Source of the DNA: Gemmatimonadaceae bacterium
GTDB taxonomy: Bacteria > Gemmatimonadota > Gemmatimonadetes > Gemmatimonadales > Gemmatimonadaceae
NCBI GenBank assembly: GCA_040902005.1
Contig: JBBDYA010000084.1
Location: forward strand, 35,720 to 99,719
Length of the DNA stretch: 64,000 nt
Direction of reading: 5' to 3'
Numbering within the stretch: the first letter of the stretch is position 1; each line of letters opens with the position of its first letter. Positions 32,008 through 41,369 of the stretch are shown here, one piece after another. The notes under the pieces are model-generated. The model saw only the letters and a list, made by a program, of their open reading frames with translations. It was not told the origin of the DNA and made no database searches. The position numbers and the translations under genes were made by a program.

Positions 32008-34584
32008 CTATGGCGCCGGGTTGATATCTCCGGCCTGGAGATCAATCACGACGAGTCCACCGTCAGTGAGCGCAAACAATTTCAGAATCACGGTCGGCGG
32101 ATCGCCTGGCAGGGGTCCCGACACGCGCAGTGGTCCGTAGAAGTTGCCTTTGGTCACAAGGCGCCCACGGTTGTTGTAGTGCGCCACGTCGATGATCTCG
32201 ACTACGCCACTCGTCGTCGCCGAAAAGGACACCCGATGATCCGGCTGGCTGAGCGTGCTCTTGGCTCGCGGGTGATAGGCCACGCCCGCGCCGTTGTCGA
32301 ACGAGTCATAGACGCCTTCGAGACGCAGATGGAACGGCACGTCCAGCGCCGCCATGTACGTCTGCAATCCGTGCGACGTGACCTGGAGTCCGGTACTGTC
32401 AATCGCCATGCCGAACACCTTTTCGGAGGCGTTGTGCACTAGGTCTACGACGGTCACTGACGGCGAGAAGAAACCCGGCGCGGGGCCAACGGGGTCATTG
32501 ACCATCATCAAGCGTCCGGGGCCGCCCGCCGTATTCCCCTCGCCGAAGCCAATCCAGGTCCGGTCGCCGCTCGCGGCGACGAACGTCGTGTCCGTGAGGG
32601 CGAGGGATCCGAGTTCGAGATTCGCGACCAACTGCACGTCGCTTTGCAGCGCCACCGCCTTTGCCGCGGCGTCCAACGGGATGGAATCGCTCACCGAGAA
32701 GTCTGGTCCGATCTGGCCGTACGGGTGATCGTAGATGTGCAGGACGTCCGAAACCTCCACGACCGCGTTCACTTCGATCGCGATGGAATCCGCGTTAAAG
32801 ATGGTGTATACGGCATCCGCACCGCCGCCGCGCACGCCGTAGTTGTGAATCTGTTGCGGGTCCGGGAACGGCAGACTCGGATCGAGCCACCGGATCGTTC
32901 CGGGCGTTGCGGACGATGTCGGGCGCGTGGAGTAGTAGACACGTCCTCCTTGGGATTCCACCACGTACTGTGGCCGATCGGAGTAGGCGACCTGGTCGAC
33001 GATGGCGAGCTTGATCACGCCAGTGGCGTCATCACGAGTGTACCGTACCTGGAAGACGACGGTTTCCCTGGTCCGAATGCGGTTCGGAAGGTCCTCGCGC
33101 ATGGAGGCTGGAGTCGTGGTTCCGACGAAGACGCGGCTGATCGTGGTTGCACCGGAGTTCGCGACAAGCAGGGTGTCCGGATCACTGGAGAGGAATAGTC
33201 CCCACGGCAACGAACCGACGGCGATACCGTTGGCCGCGAAGCCTTTGCTCTGGTTCTGCCACACCTCGAGCAGGTTGAACTGCGTGTTCGAGAGGAACAC
33301 GTTGCCGAGCGGGTCCACCGCCACGTCGCCAACCACGCCATTGCGAGGCAGCGCAAAGGTGCGTCCGTGCGTTACGAGCGTGGTATCGCGGTGTGCCGCC
33401 GCCTCGTTGGAAGTCGGCACGTTGATGCCCGCGGGGAGCGAGTAGCCTGTGAGCTGTGGGGTATTGTCGTCCAGCGCGTAGCTGACGACGTGCAATTTCC
33501 TGCCCTGATCGTCGAGACCGAGGTTCAGCGGCAGCTGCACGGTCCTCGGGGAGCCGAACGGCGCGGCGAAGGTGGTGTCGAAGCGGCTGATTTCGACACC
33601 CGTGCCTCGATCGTACAGGATGCGGCCGATGGTCCGGATGCCGTCCCCGTGCGCGGTGACGGTGATGAAGTCGCTCATCTCGAGCTTGGCCGGAACGGTC
33701 TGGTAGACGCGCGGCGGCAGCGTGCCAACGGCCCGCACCGTGACGGTGACGGGGGCTGCGGATCCGGGATTGCCATTCACGTCAACGGCACTCGCGTTGA
33801 TGGTAATGCGACCGCCCAGGGGTGCGTCCGCAGGCACCGTGACGCTGACCTCGAACGTATCTATCGTCGTATTGGCTGGAAACGTCTGTTGGATCGTCTC
33901 GTTCAGCGGTGTGGGCCAGCCGGCTTCTCCCGCCACCTGGAGCGTGAGCTCGTCCACGCCATCGAGGTGCTCGACGGAGACCTGGACGGTCATGGGCCGG
34001 CCCTGCGGCACCTCGTCGCCGGTCGTCGGACTGATGATATCGACCTCGGGGCCCGTCACGAGATCCACCCTGCGCCGCTCCGAATGCGTGTTTCCGGACG
34101 CGTCGGTGAGGACGGCCACGATGATGAGACTGTCGAGCGTCGTGTCCAGCGGCGTCGCGGGATGGATGTATCGCCGGACAATCGTGTCGGTCAGCCCCGC
34201 CCGAAAGCTGGCGCCGGCTCCGGGTGCCACGACCGTGCGATACCGCTGGATTTCCTGGAACGTGCCGAGGTCCGGATCGCCGACCATGCGAAGCCCCGTG
34301 AACGTCACCCTGGCCACGCCGCGGTCATCATTCAGGCGTGCGACGACGAGAATCGAGTCGCCGACGTTTATCAACTGAATTGGAGTCGCGACCGGCACCT
34401 GGATGCGCACGAGCGGCGCTTCGGTATCGGGGTCACCGGGCGCCGGCGGCACGACTGGCGCCGTACCGGTAGGACCGCCGCTGATGCCGCTGCCGAAGCG
34501 CGTGACGGTAGGACCGCCATCGCAGCTCCAGATGAAGGCAGCGGTCGCCACGAGCGCCGCGAGTCGACGAATGGGAAATCGCAT
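32008..34584 (-). CDS. Large surface lipoprotein with Ig-like repeats and a C-terminal beta-propeller-like region
   Basis: Lipobox-like AFIWSC; DTEAP.VRI / GPEVDI.SP..G / A.D.NGN Ig-type patterns; YVTN-like IAVGSLPWGL and LLVANSG.TTIS. Confidence 0.75.
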   Translation of the reverse strand: MRFPIRRLAALVATAAFIWSCDGGPTVTRFGSGISGGPTGTAPVVPPAPGDPDTEAPLVRIQVPVATPIQLINVGDSILVVARLNDDRGVARVTFTGLRMVGDPDLGTFQEIQRYRTVVAPGAGASFRAGLTDTIVRRYIHPATPLDTTLDSLIIVAVLTDASGNTHSERRRVDLVTGPEVDIISPTTGDEVPQGRPMTVQVSVEHLDGVDELTLQVAGEAGWPTPLNETIQQTFPANTTIDTFEVSVTVPADAPLGGRITINASAVDVNGNPGSAAPVTVTVRAVGTLPPRVYQTVPAKLEMSDFITVTAHGDGIRTIGRILYDRGTGVEISRFDTTFAAPFGSPRTVQLPLNLGLDDQGRKLHVVSYALDDNTPQLTGYSLPAGINVPTSNEAAAHRDTTLVTHGRTFALPRNGVVGDVAVDPLGNVFLSNTQFNLLEVWQNQSKGFAANGIAVGSLPWGLFLSSDPDTLLVANSGATTISRVFVGTTTPASMREDLPNRIRTRETVVFQVRYTRDDATGVIKLAIVDQVAYSDRPQYVVESQGGRVYYSTRPTSSATPGTIRWLDPSLPFPDPQQIHNYGVRGGGADAVYTIFNADSIAIEVNAVVEVSDVLHIYDHPYGQIGPDFSVSDSIPLDAAAKAVALQSDVQLVANLELGSLALTDTTFVAASGDRTWIGFGEGNTAGGPGRLMMVNDPVGPAPGFFSPSVTVVDLVHNASEKVFGMAIDSTGLQVTSHGLQTYMAALDVPFHLRLEGVYDSFDNGAGVAYHPRAKSTLSQPDHRVSFSATTSGVVEIIDVAHYNNRGRLVTKGNFYGPLRVSGPLPGDPPTVILKLFALTDGGLVVIDLQAGDINPAP

Positions 34585-34597
34585 GTACTTCACCCTC

Positions 34598-36574
34598 TTA
34601 TGGGTCACGCCGAGGTGACATCGACATGTCACCTTCATCGACGATGTGCGGAGTGATGAGAATCAGAAGGTCCCGCTTGGTTTCGCTGCGGTTCGTGACG
34701 CCGAAGAGCCGTCCGATCAGCGGAAGGTCCACCAGAATCGGAATGCCGGTCCTGGTCAGGTTGACCGTGGTCTGCGTCAGCCCGCCCATGACAGCCGTTT
34801 CACCGTCCGCGACGAGCAGCTCGTTGTTGATCTGCTGCGTCGGGAACACCGCGCCCACGTCGCTGCCGGCCTGGAACTGCACCGACGAATTCTCCGCGTG
34901 CACGACCATGCGAATCTGCCGGTTGCTGGTCACGGATGGCGTGACGCGCAGCACAATGCCGGTCTGCCGGAACTGTACGGTCACGCGCGGCGCAACGCCC
35001 GCGGCCGCGCCCGCGCCCTGCTCGATGGTACGCACCGGCACCTGGGTCCCGGCGGACAGCACGGCCTGCCGGTGGTTCAGCGTGGTGACGCTGGGTTCTG
35101 CCTGCACATCCAGCAGCGAGGTTTCCTGGAGCGCGTCGAGGAACGTGGTGAAATCGTAGGCGCCGAGCGCCGCCGAATAGACGATGCGGAGGGCCGCGCT
35201 TGGCACCGACTGCGATGCGTTGGCGATCGCCGCGACCGTATTGCCGCCCAGCGTGAAGATGCTCCCTCCCGAGCTTCCGGAGGAATCGATGCGGGGAATG
35301 ATGTCGCTGAAGTGATGAAAGCGCGTGCCGATATCGTACTTGAGCCCGAGCCCTTCGAGCTGGGTGCGGTCCACAAGGATGATCTTGGCCTTGATGTTCA
35401 CCTGCGGCTGCCGGATGTCCAGCGACAGCGCGTAGTCCGTCAGGTCCTCGATGACCGACGGCACATCCGTGATGGCCACGGTGTTCGAGAGCGAGTCGAA
35501 ACTGACGGCGCCGCGTACCGGGCACTGGAGCACGCTGGTCGGCGAGCCTGGCGCTGGCTGGGCACCCGGTTCGAGCGCCGCGCCACAATCGCGGGACAAC
35601 CGCTGGCTGATGGTTTGCGCGACGGCTTGCGCGCTGGCGTAGTTCAGGCGCACGGTGCGCGTGGTCAGCGTCTCGAGACGCGGACGGGCGGCGAGCGCCT
35701 CAAACGTGTTGACAATGAGGATCCCGCTCGCGTCCTCGATCACGTCGAGGCCGTTGGCGTTCAGGATCGCCCTCATCGCCACGTCCCATGGCTGATTGAT
35801 GATTTCGGCGTCGATAGTTCTGGTGACGATGTTGGACGCGGGGATGATCGTGCGTCCCGAGTGCGCGGCGAACCCTGCCAGGACGTCCGCCAGGTTGGCG
35901 TTCTCCCAGGTGACGGTGATGGGCCGCCCGCCCTGGCGTTGCTGGGGCTGCTGGAAGGTGGGCGGATTGTAGGCGCTGGGCGTCGGTTCAACGGCGCTGA
36001 CGGCGCTGACGCGCACGACCGCCGGGCGCGCTGGCGCTGGACGCGCCGGAGCGGGGCGTCCTTCCCCGGGCGCGACCGCCGCGGCAGGCGCCGCGGACTG
36101 TTCGCTCGCCACACTCGGCCCGTGCTGTCCCACCCGCCAGGCGACGAACTGTCCGCCGCCGTCCACGGACACGCGAACGCCCGCGGCGGAGCGCTCGACC
36201 TGATAGGCGCGTGCGTCGTCCAGCGTCAGCACGACGCGGACCACGTTCGGCTGATTCTGCGCGTAGCGCACGTCCACGACGCCACCGCGCGCGATACGAT
36301 CATAGCCGCCGCGTCGCACGCCGAGCGTTGCGCCGGTGAGGTCGATGACGATGCGGTCCGGATTGCGCAGCGTGAAATCGCGCACGCTCACGGTACCGTT
36401 GATGCCGATCATGACCTGCGCTCGACCGCTGGTCGGTTCGACGCTCAGCGAAATGAGTTTCGCGTCATTCACGGGGAGCGCCGCTGCCGCCAGCAGGACG
36501 GCGCCCGCGCCACAGGCAAGCGCGCGCGCCATGCGGCCGCTCATCCGGGGGATGTCCGTCCACAGTCGCTTCAT
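34598..36574 (-). CDS. pilQ: Type IV pilus secretin with AMIN domain
   Basis: PDRIVID (AMIN), QVNIKAKI, TGIVLRVTP, DGETAVMGG, DLP.IG.LF, LLILITP.I. Confidence 0.93.
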   Translation of the reverse strand: MKRLWTDIPRMSGRMARALACGAGAVLLAAAALPVNDAKLISLSVEPTSGRAQVMIGINGTVSVRDFTLRNPDRIVIDLTGATLGVRRGGYDRIARGGVVDVRYAQNQPNVVRVVLTLDDARAYQVERSAAGVRVSVDGGGQFVAWRVGQHGPSVASEQSAAPAAAVAPGEGRPAPARPAPARPAVVRVSAVSAVEPTPSAYNPPTFQQPQQRQGGRPITVTWENANLADVLAGFAAHSGRTIIPASNIVTRTIDAEIINQPWDVAMRAILNANGLDVIEDASGILIVNTFEALAARPRLETLTTRTVRLNYASAQAVAQTISQRLSRDCGAALEPGAQPAPGSPTSVLQCPVRGAVSFDSLSNTVAITDVPSVIEDLTDYALSLDIRQPQVNIKAKIILVDRTQLEGLGLKYDIGTRFHHFSDIIPRIDSSGSSGGSIFTLGGNTVAAIANASQSVPSAALRIVYSAALGAYDFTTFLDALQETSLLDVQAEPSVTTLNHRQAVLSAGTQVPVRTIEQGAGAAAGVAPRVTVQFRQTGIVLRVTPSVTSNRQIRMVVHAENSSVQFQAGSDVGAVFPTQQINNELLVADGETAVMGGLTQTTVNLTRTGIPILVDLPLIGRLFGVTNRSETKRDLLILITPHIVDEGDMSMSPRRDP

Positions 36575-37062
36575 CTCGTCCTCACTTTGGTTGTGTCGCC
36601 AATCACCAGCGAATCGGTTCGATTGAGCCCGAACTCTTCGATATTGAAGATCACGGCCTTCCGCGTGATCAACGCGACGCGCAACCGGCCCAGCGTCATG
36701 CCGGTCGTCACGCGGTACTGCGTTTTGGTGACGACGTCCCGCAACACGGCCACGGGCCGGCGTCCGGATTCGTCGTAGAGCAGCACGACGAGCCGCAGGT
36801 CCTTCATCGTAGGACGCAGCTCCGCGCTCTGCAGCAACGAAACAAATGGATCGCGACGTCCCTCGGAGTCGTAGTCGTAGATCTCGCGCATCACGACCGG
36901 CATGGGCGCGGCCGAGTCGGACTCCGGCGCGATCGTCAGTCCGCGCTGGGGGGAGACCGGCGCGGTCCTGGACGCCGGCGCCTTGGTGGCGGGCGCCTTC
37001 GTGTTCTGTGCGCCGGCGGAGCCGCACGCGACACAGAGAGCGAGAATCGCGAATGCGCGCAT
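36571..37062 (-). CDS. pilP: PilP-like protein
   Basis: YD.EGRRDPF motif; located between pilO and pilQ. Confidence 0.75.
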   Translation of the reverse strand: MRAFAILALCVACGSAGAQNTKAPATKAPASRTAPVSPQRGLTIAPESDSAAPMPVVMREIYDYDSEGRRDPFVSLLQSAELRPTMKDLRLVVLLYDESGRRPVAVLRDVVTKTQYRVTTGMTLGRLRVALITRKAVIFNIEEFGLNRTDSLVIGDTTKVRTR

Positions 37063-37063
37063 G

Positions 37064-37660
37064 CTAGGTGCCCCCGGCGGGTGCGGTTTTCGCCACGTAG
37101 GTCTGCAGCTCGAACCGCGCATCGAGCGAGGACTCGCGCGGGCGGTTCGGCGGAACCGGGCGATCGCTCGGAGACACCGACACGTTCATGGGCGCCATGA
37201 TCCGCGTGAGCGAACCGATGCTCGTGAGGAACTGCCCGATCCGGTGGTAGGACCCGGACACGGTGAAGCGGAACTTGTGGGTGTCGAAGATCGGTCCCTG
37301 GACGGTGCCCAACGGTTGGTAGTTCACCAATTCGATTCCGGTGCGTCGCGCGGCCGTGGAAATCTGGTCGAGCAGGGCAGGCACTTCGTTCGCGGTTGGC
37401 ACAAGCTGGCGCATGACGGCAAGGAGACGGCCGTAGCGATCGGCCTCCTCCCGAATGGCCGCTGCCGTGCCGCTCGCCACCTCGCGCCGTGCGGCGTCGT
37501 TCTGCGTCGTCAGTTTCTCCACGCGCAGCGCCAGGGTGTCCAACTGCGCATTCCTGGGAGTCAGTACGTACCGGTGGAACGCGAAGATCGCCCCAAAGGC
37601 AGCGAAGCATGCGAACAGCAGGAGCTGATCGCGCTGGCTCGTGGGAAGTTTGATGTCCAT
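37064..37660 (-). CDS. pilO: Type IV pilus protein PilO
   Basis: VP..NEVP.LL..I and GSYH.IG.FL motifs. Confidence 0.9.
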   Translation of the reverse strand: MDIKLPTSQRDQLLLFACFAAFGAIFAFHRYVLTPRNAQLDTLALRVEKLTTQNDAARREVASGTAAAIREEADRYGRLLAVMRQLVPTANEVPALLDQISTAARRTGIELVNYQPLGTVQGPIFDTHKFRFTVSGSYHRIGQFLTSIGSLTRIMAPMNVSVSPSDRPVPPNRPRESSLDARFELQTYVAKTAPAGGT

Positions 37661-37666
37661 GGCGGC

Positions 37667-38410
37667 TTATCTCGGCGTGAGCGTGAGCGGCGTGCGACGA
37701 AGGAGCGTCGAGTCGGGGCGCGTGTACGTCACGTCGAGGAGGAACTGGGTGACCAACTGGGTCGACTCCGTCACCTCCGCCGTGCTCAAGAGCTGGACGC
37801 CGCCGAGGAACGGTGAGTCCTCGAGGTTGCGATGGAATCGGGTGAGCGCCTGGATATCCACGGTGCGCCCCGTAATGCGGACGCGGACGGAGTCGGGCGT
37901 GAAGGTCGGGAGCGGGCGCGGACGGGTGCGGCCGCGCGCCGTGTCCGGCGGCGGCATGCGGACGGCCGCAGGCGGGTTGGTGCCCTGCACCACCATGTTG
38001 GTGATGTTGCTGAGCCACGTGTATGGGGGAAGCGCGCGGCTGACTTCATCGAGCAGGTGCGGCCAGACCAGCCGTTCGCCGTCGATCGCGCGGATGATGT
38101 TGAGCTGGATCAGGGCGCTGTCGCGCCGCGCGATGGCCTGCATCCGATCGCGAAGTACGACGGCGTACCGCGCGGAGTCTGCCACGGCCACCGCTTCGGC
38201 GGCGAGCAGCTCGGCGCGCCGGCCCCGGTGCATCATGAACAGGAAGCCGATCACGAGCGCGGCAAGGAGCCCGCTGAGCACCGCCGCTGCGAGGAACTTG
38301 TCCTTGACGCGCTCGGAGATCGCGGCGCCGATCTTCGCGAAGTCGATGCTGACTCCGCGGCCACCTTTCTTGCCGCGCTTGGCACCCGGGAGCAGATTGA
38401 CTTCAATCAT
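37667..38410 (-). CDS. pilN: Type IV pilus protein PilN
   Basis: MIEVNLLP, LDEVSRALP..TWL, LEDSPFL. Confidence 0.9.
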   Translation of the reverse strand: MIEVNLLPGAKRGKKGGRGVSIDFAKIGAAISERVKDKFLAAAVLSGLLAALVIGFLFMMHRGRRAELLAAEAVAVADSARYAVVLRDRMQAIARRDSALIQLNIIRAIDGERLVWPHLLDEVSRALPPYTWLSNITNMVVQGTNPPAAVRMPPPDTARGRTRPRPLPTFTPDSVRVRITGRTVDIQALTRFHRNLEDSPFLGGVQLLSTAEVTESTQLVTQFLLDVTYTRPDSTLLRRTPLTLTPR

Positions 38411-38412
38411 CG

Positions 38413-39456
38413 TCAGGCCACCTGCCGCAGCGCGAGTCCGATGGGCAGCATGAGCAGCGGCGCGATTTCGTCCGTGACGTAGTCCGCGAGCGCGCCGTCG
38501 CGAACGGTCAGCGAGGCGAGCGGGTTCGCGAGCTCCACGGCCAGGCGCAACCGCGCGGCGAGCGTCACCGTGAGACCGGGGATCCGGGCGCCGCCGCCGC
38601 ACGTGTACACGGCGCTGACAGCCGCGCCGTTCCGGGTGTTCGACGCGAGGAACGCCACGGCCCGCTCGATGCCCACCGCGAACTCCTCGCCGCGCGTCTC
38701 GAGAACGGCATCCACGTGGGGGGACCGATCGAAGCTCCGGAGCAGCGCCTCGCTCTCCTCCACGCCAAGGCCGCGTTCACGCTGGAGACTCTCCCGGATG
38801 TGGCGCGTGCCAAGCGTCAGATCACGCGTCAGGATCGGAACGCCATCTTCGAGAATATTGATGTTCGTGACGTCGTGCCCGATGTTGAGCAGCGCCACCA
38901 TGCCCTGCATGGCGTCCGGGTAGTTGAGCTCGAAGGCGTTGTGCAGGGCGAACGCATCCACGTCCACGAGTACCGGCTCGAGACCGGCGTCGGTCAGCAC
39001 GCGCATCCTGGCCTCCACGAGCTCGCGCTTCGCGGCCACCAGCAGCACCTTCATCTCCAGGCCGTCGTCGTCCGGATCGAGGATCTGGAAATCCAGCTCC
39101 ACCGATTCCATGTCGAACGGCACGTGCTGCTCCGCCTCCCAGCGCATCAGCTCGCGCGCCTGTTGCTCCTTCACGCGCTCGATCTGGATCGGCTTGATGA
39201 TCACGTCACGGCCGCCCACGGCGGCCACAACCTTCTTGGACTTGACGCCTGCCGCGCTCAGTGCCGCCTGGATCGCTTCGGCAACGACGCCCGGGTCCAT
39301 CACCTCGCCCTCGACGATGGCATCCTGCACCAACGGCTGGATGGCCACCTTCGTGAGCTCGGGCTGCTTCCGGGAATGATCGATAACAGCGACCTTGATC
39401 AGGCCGCTGCCGATGTCGAGACCGACAGTCGTTTTGCTACGACCGAAGAGTGCCAT
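38413..39456 (-). CDS. pilM: Type IV pilus protein PilM
   Basis: VGLDIGS..IK, VLLVAAK, NIG, CGGGA, GLALR. Confidence 0.95.
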   Translation of the reverse strand: MALFGRSKTTVGLDIGSGLIKVAVIDHSRKQPELTKVAIQPLVQDAIVEGEVMDPGVVAEAIQAALSAAGVKSKKVVAAVGGRDVIIKPIQIERVKEQQARELMRWEAEQHVPFDMESVELDFQILDPDDDGLEMKVLLVAAKRELVEARMRVLTDAGLEPVLVDVDAFALHNAFELNYPDAMQGMVALLNIGHDVTNINILEDGVPILTRDLTLGTRHIRESLQRERGLGVEESEALLRSFDRSPHVDAVLETRGEEFAVGIERAVAFLASNTRNGAAVSAVYTCGGGARIPGLTVTLAARLRLAVELANPLASLTVRDGALADYVTDEIAPLLMLPIGLALRQVA

Positions 39457-39691
39457 GTTGCGAGACGATGGGTGACAATGTCGTGCGAACCCTAAGACGG
39501 TTCGCCGCGCCGGCTGTCACGAGGCTTTAACTGGTGCGGGTTACTGCCGGCCGGTCCTGCACTTAGCCGGCGTACGGAGGTGTGGGTGCAACAAGGACGG
39601 CGCAGCATCGCGCTCCGTCACGTACGGCTCACACGACCCACGCAACCTCAGGTAACAGACAGGGTTGCGCGTGTGACTCGCGTCACCCCTA

Positions 39692-40108
39692 TCACGGAAG
39701 CTCGGCCCACGCACGCTGCCGCACGAGTTGCGGAAGGCCATCAGTCACCAGGACCAAGGCACCTAAGCGTCGATACAGCATTGGTTTATGCGCCGTCGAG
39801 GCCTCGCCCACAACCCAGTACGTGCGGTCGCTGAGGCGGGTTATCCATGCCGATGCCTGCACCCCCGTCACGGGCACCGTACCGACCGCTCTGGTGACCC
39901 CCACCAGGTGCCCCGAGGCAGCTGCGGAGTCCCACGCGGCGATCGCCTCGACCACGGCACGCTCAGCCACCGGCTCCAATGCAGCGCCTGCCTCGACCAC
40001 GCGCTGCGCGGCCGCCATCCGGCGAGTCACATAGGCTCCGCCAACCGCCAGCGCGCTGCCCTGCTCATTGGTATAGAGAACGATGGGCAGCGCGGCGCCG
40101 GATTTGAC
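39692..40108 (-). pseudogene. Short PilX-like minor pilin; start codon missing and TM segment disrupted
   Basis: Frame reads VKSG|AALPIVL-YTNEQG-SALAVGG ... RLSDRTYWVVGE ... RRLGAL ... RAWAELP, paralogous to 17777-18979; GTC where GTG is expected. Confidence 0.55.
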
Positions 40109-40992
40109 GGCGCGTCGCGCAGCGCGAAGGTCGCCAGCGCGGAATCCAGGTGGAACGGGGCGAACGGAGTGGACATCCCGGCCACGCGTGCTGCCCGCAG
40201 CGACTTGCCGCGCGTGACGATCGTAATCGTCGCGATCCGATCGCGGCTCAGCGTGCCCGGAAGGAGCTCCCCCCCCCAGGCATCGTGGTACACGAAGCGT
40301 AGCCCCGTCCGCGCGGCGTCTGCGCTGAGGGGTTCGAGCGGGCCGGCGACCGGCTGAATGGTGTTGAATCGCTCGCCATTCCAGTCGCGGATTCCGAGAT
40401 ACCAGTGCGTGTCGGAGGCGCGGTACGCGCTGAGCCGCAACGGTCGCGTGAAGCGAAGGGCGGCCCCCGCCGGGATCGCCAGCGGCTCGGCGAGTTGCAG
40501 CGTCCAGGTGTCGGGCGCTCCGGCAAACGCGTCACAGGAGGCTCCGCCGTGAACGACAGACCACACGCGACCGGCCAGCCAGCCGGCGCCGAAAGAGTCC
40601 GCGAAGAAGAGGTGCACCCGGTCACCGAATCGCGGCACATGGGTAAACGCCGTGAGCGCATTGCCCGTTCGCGCGGCGGGCGCGGGTATGGTGACGGCTC
40701 CGGTGCCGTCGGCGCACACAACCGCGCTGCCGATCGTGGCGTGGATTTCTAGCACCGAGTCCTCCGCGACGACGATGTCGCCCGCGCCGGCCGAGACGCC
40801 CCAGACCACCCGGCGCGCTACCGCACTCGCGTGTCCGGTCTGCGTCCGTACCGCGACCACTTCCCCCACGCCGCGAAAGAACCGAAGCTGGCCGACGGCG
40901 GCGTGCGACGCCAGCGCCACCACGATGCCCATCACGGCGAGCGACACGAGCATTTCCGGGAGCGTGAACCCAGCGCGGTTCAGGTCGCGCAC
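40027..40992 (-). CDS. PilW-like minor pilin (second copy; probable read-through past ~40105)
   Basis: RAG|FTLPEMLVSL leader; IGSAVVC, Y.ASD..WYLG, VAGP and TFALR match the first PilW-like protein. Confidence 0.8.
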   Translation of the reverse strand: MRDLNRAGFTLPEMLVSLAVMGIVVALASHAAVGQLRFFRGVGEVVAVRTQTGHASAVARRVVWGVSAGAGDIVVAEDSVLEIHATIGSAVVCADGTGAVTIPAPAARTGNALTAFTHVPRFGDRVHLFFADSFGAGWLAGRVWSVVHGGASCDAFAGAPDTWTLQLAEPLAIPAGAALRFTRPLRLSAYRASDTHWYLGIRDWNGERFNTIQPVAGPLEPLSADAARTGLRFVYHDAWGGELLPGTLSRDRIATITIVTRGKSLRAARVAGMSTPFAPFHLDSALATFALRDAPSNPAPRCPSFSIPMSRAARWRLAEPM

Positions 40993-41321
40993 AACACCCA
41001 GGCCCGGACCACGAGTTCCTCCCGACCACGCGGCAGGACGAGCTCCACGCTTCCGGTGATGACGCGGACGCGCCCGGCAGCCGCTACATGCCACGTCTCC
41101 CGCAGGCCCTGCGTATCCGAGACCCCGGACTCCGGGGCAGCGCAGGCCCCGGCCCGCAGGGTGGCCACCCGGTTCTCGGCGAGCTGGCGCCCGATGGCCC
41201 GGCGATTCGCGATGCCCAGGTCGCGGGCCGCCACGACGGTGGTCGCCGCCAGTGCCATGATCGCGATCTGAAAGAGCACGAGCGCGACGAGCACTTCGAT
41301 GAGGGTGAATCCGGAGCGCAT
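40980..41321 (-). CDS. PilV-like minor pilin (second copy)
   Basis: MRSG|FTLIEVLVALVL leader; ETW.V motif shared with the first PilV-like protein. Confidence 0.85.
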   Translation of the reverse strand: MRSGFTLIEVLVALVLFQIAIMALAATTVVAARDLGIANRRAIGRQLAENRVATLRAGACAAPESGVSDTQGLRETWHVAAAGRVRVITGSVELVLPRGREELVVRAWVLCAT

Positions 41322-41369
41322 GGCGTCAGTGTACGGCCGGCGCCCTGCGGATCCATCATCAAAACCACG

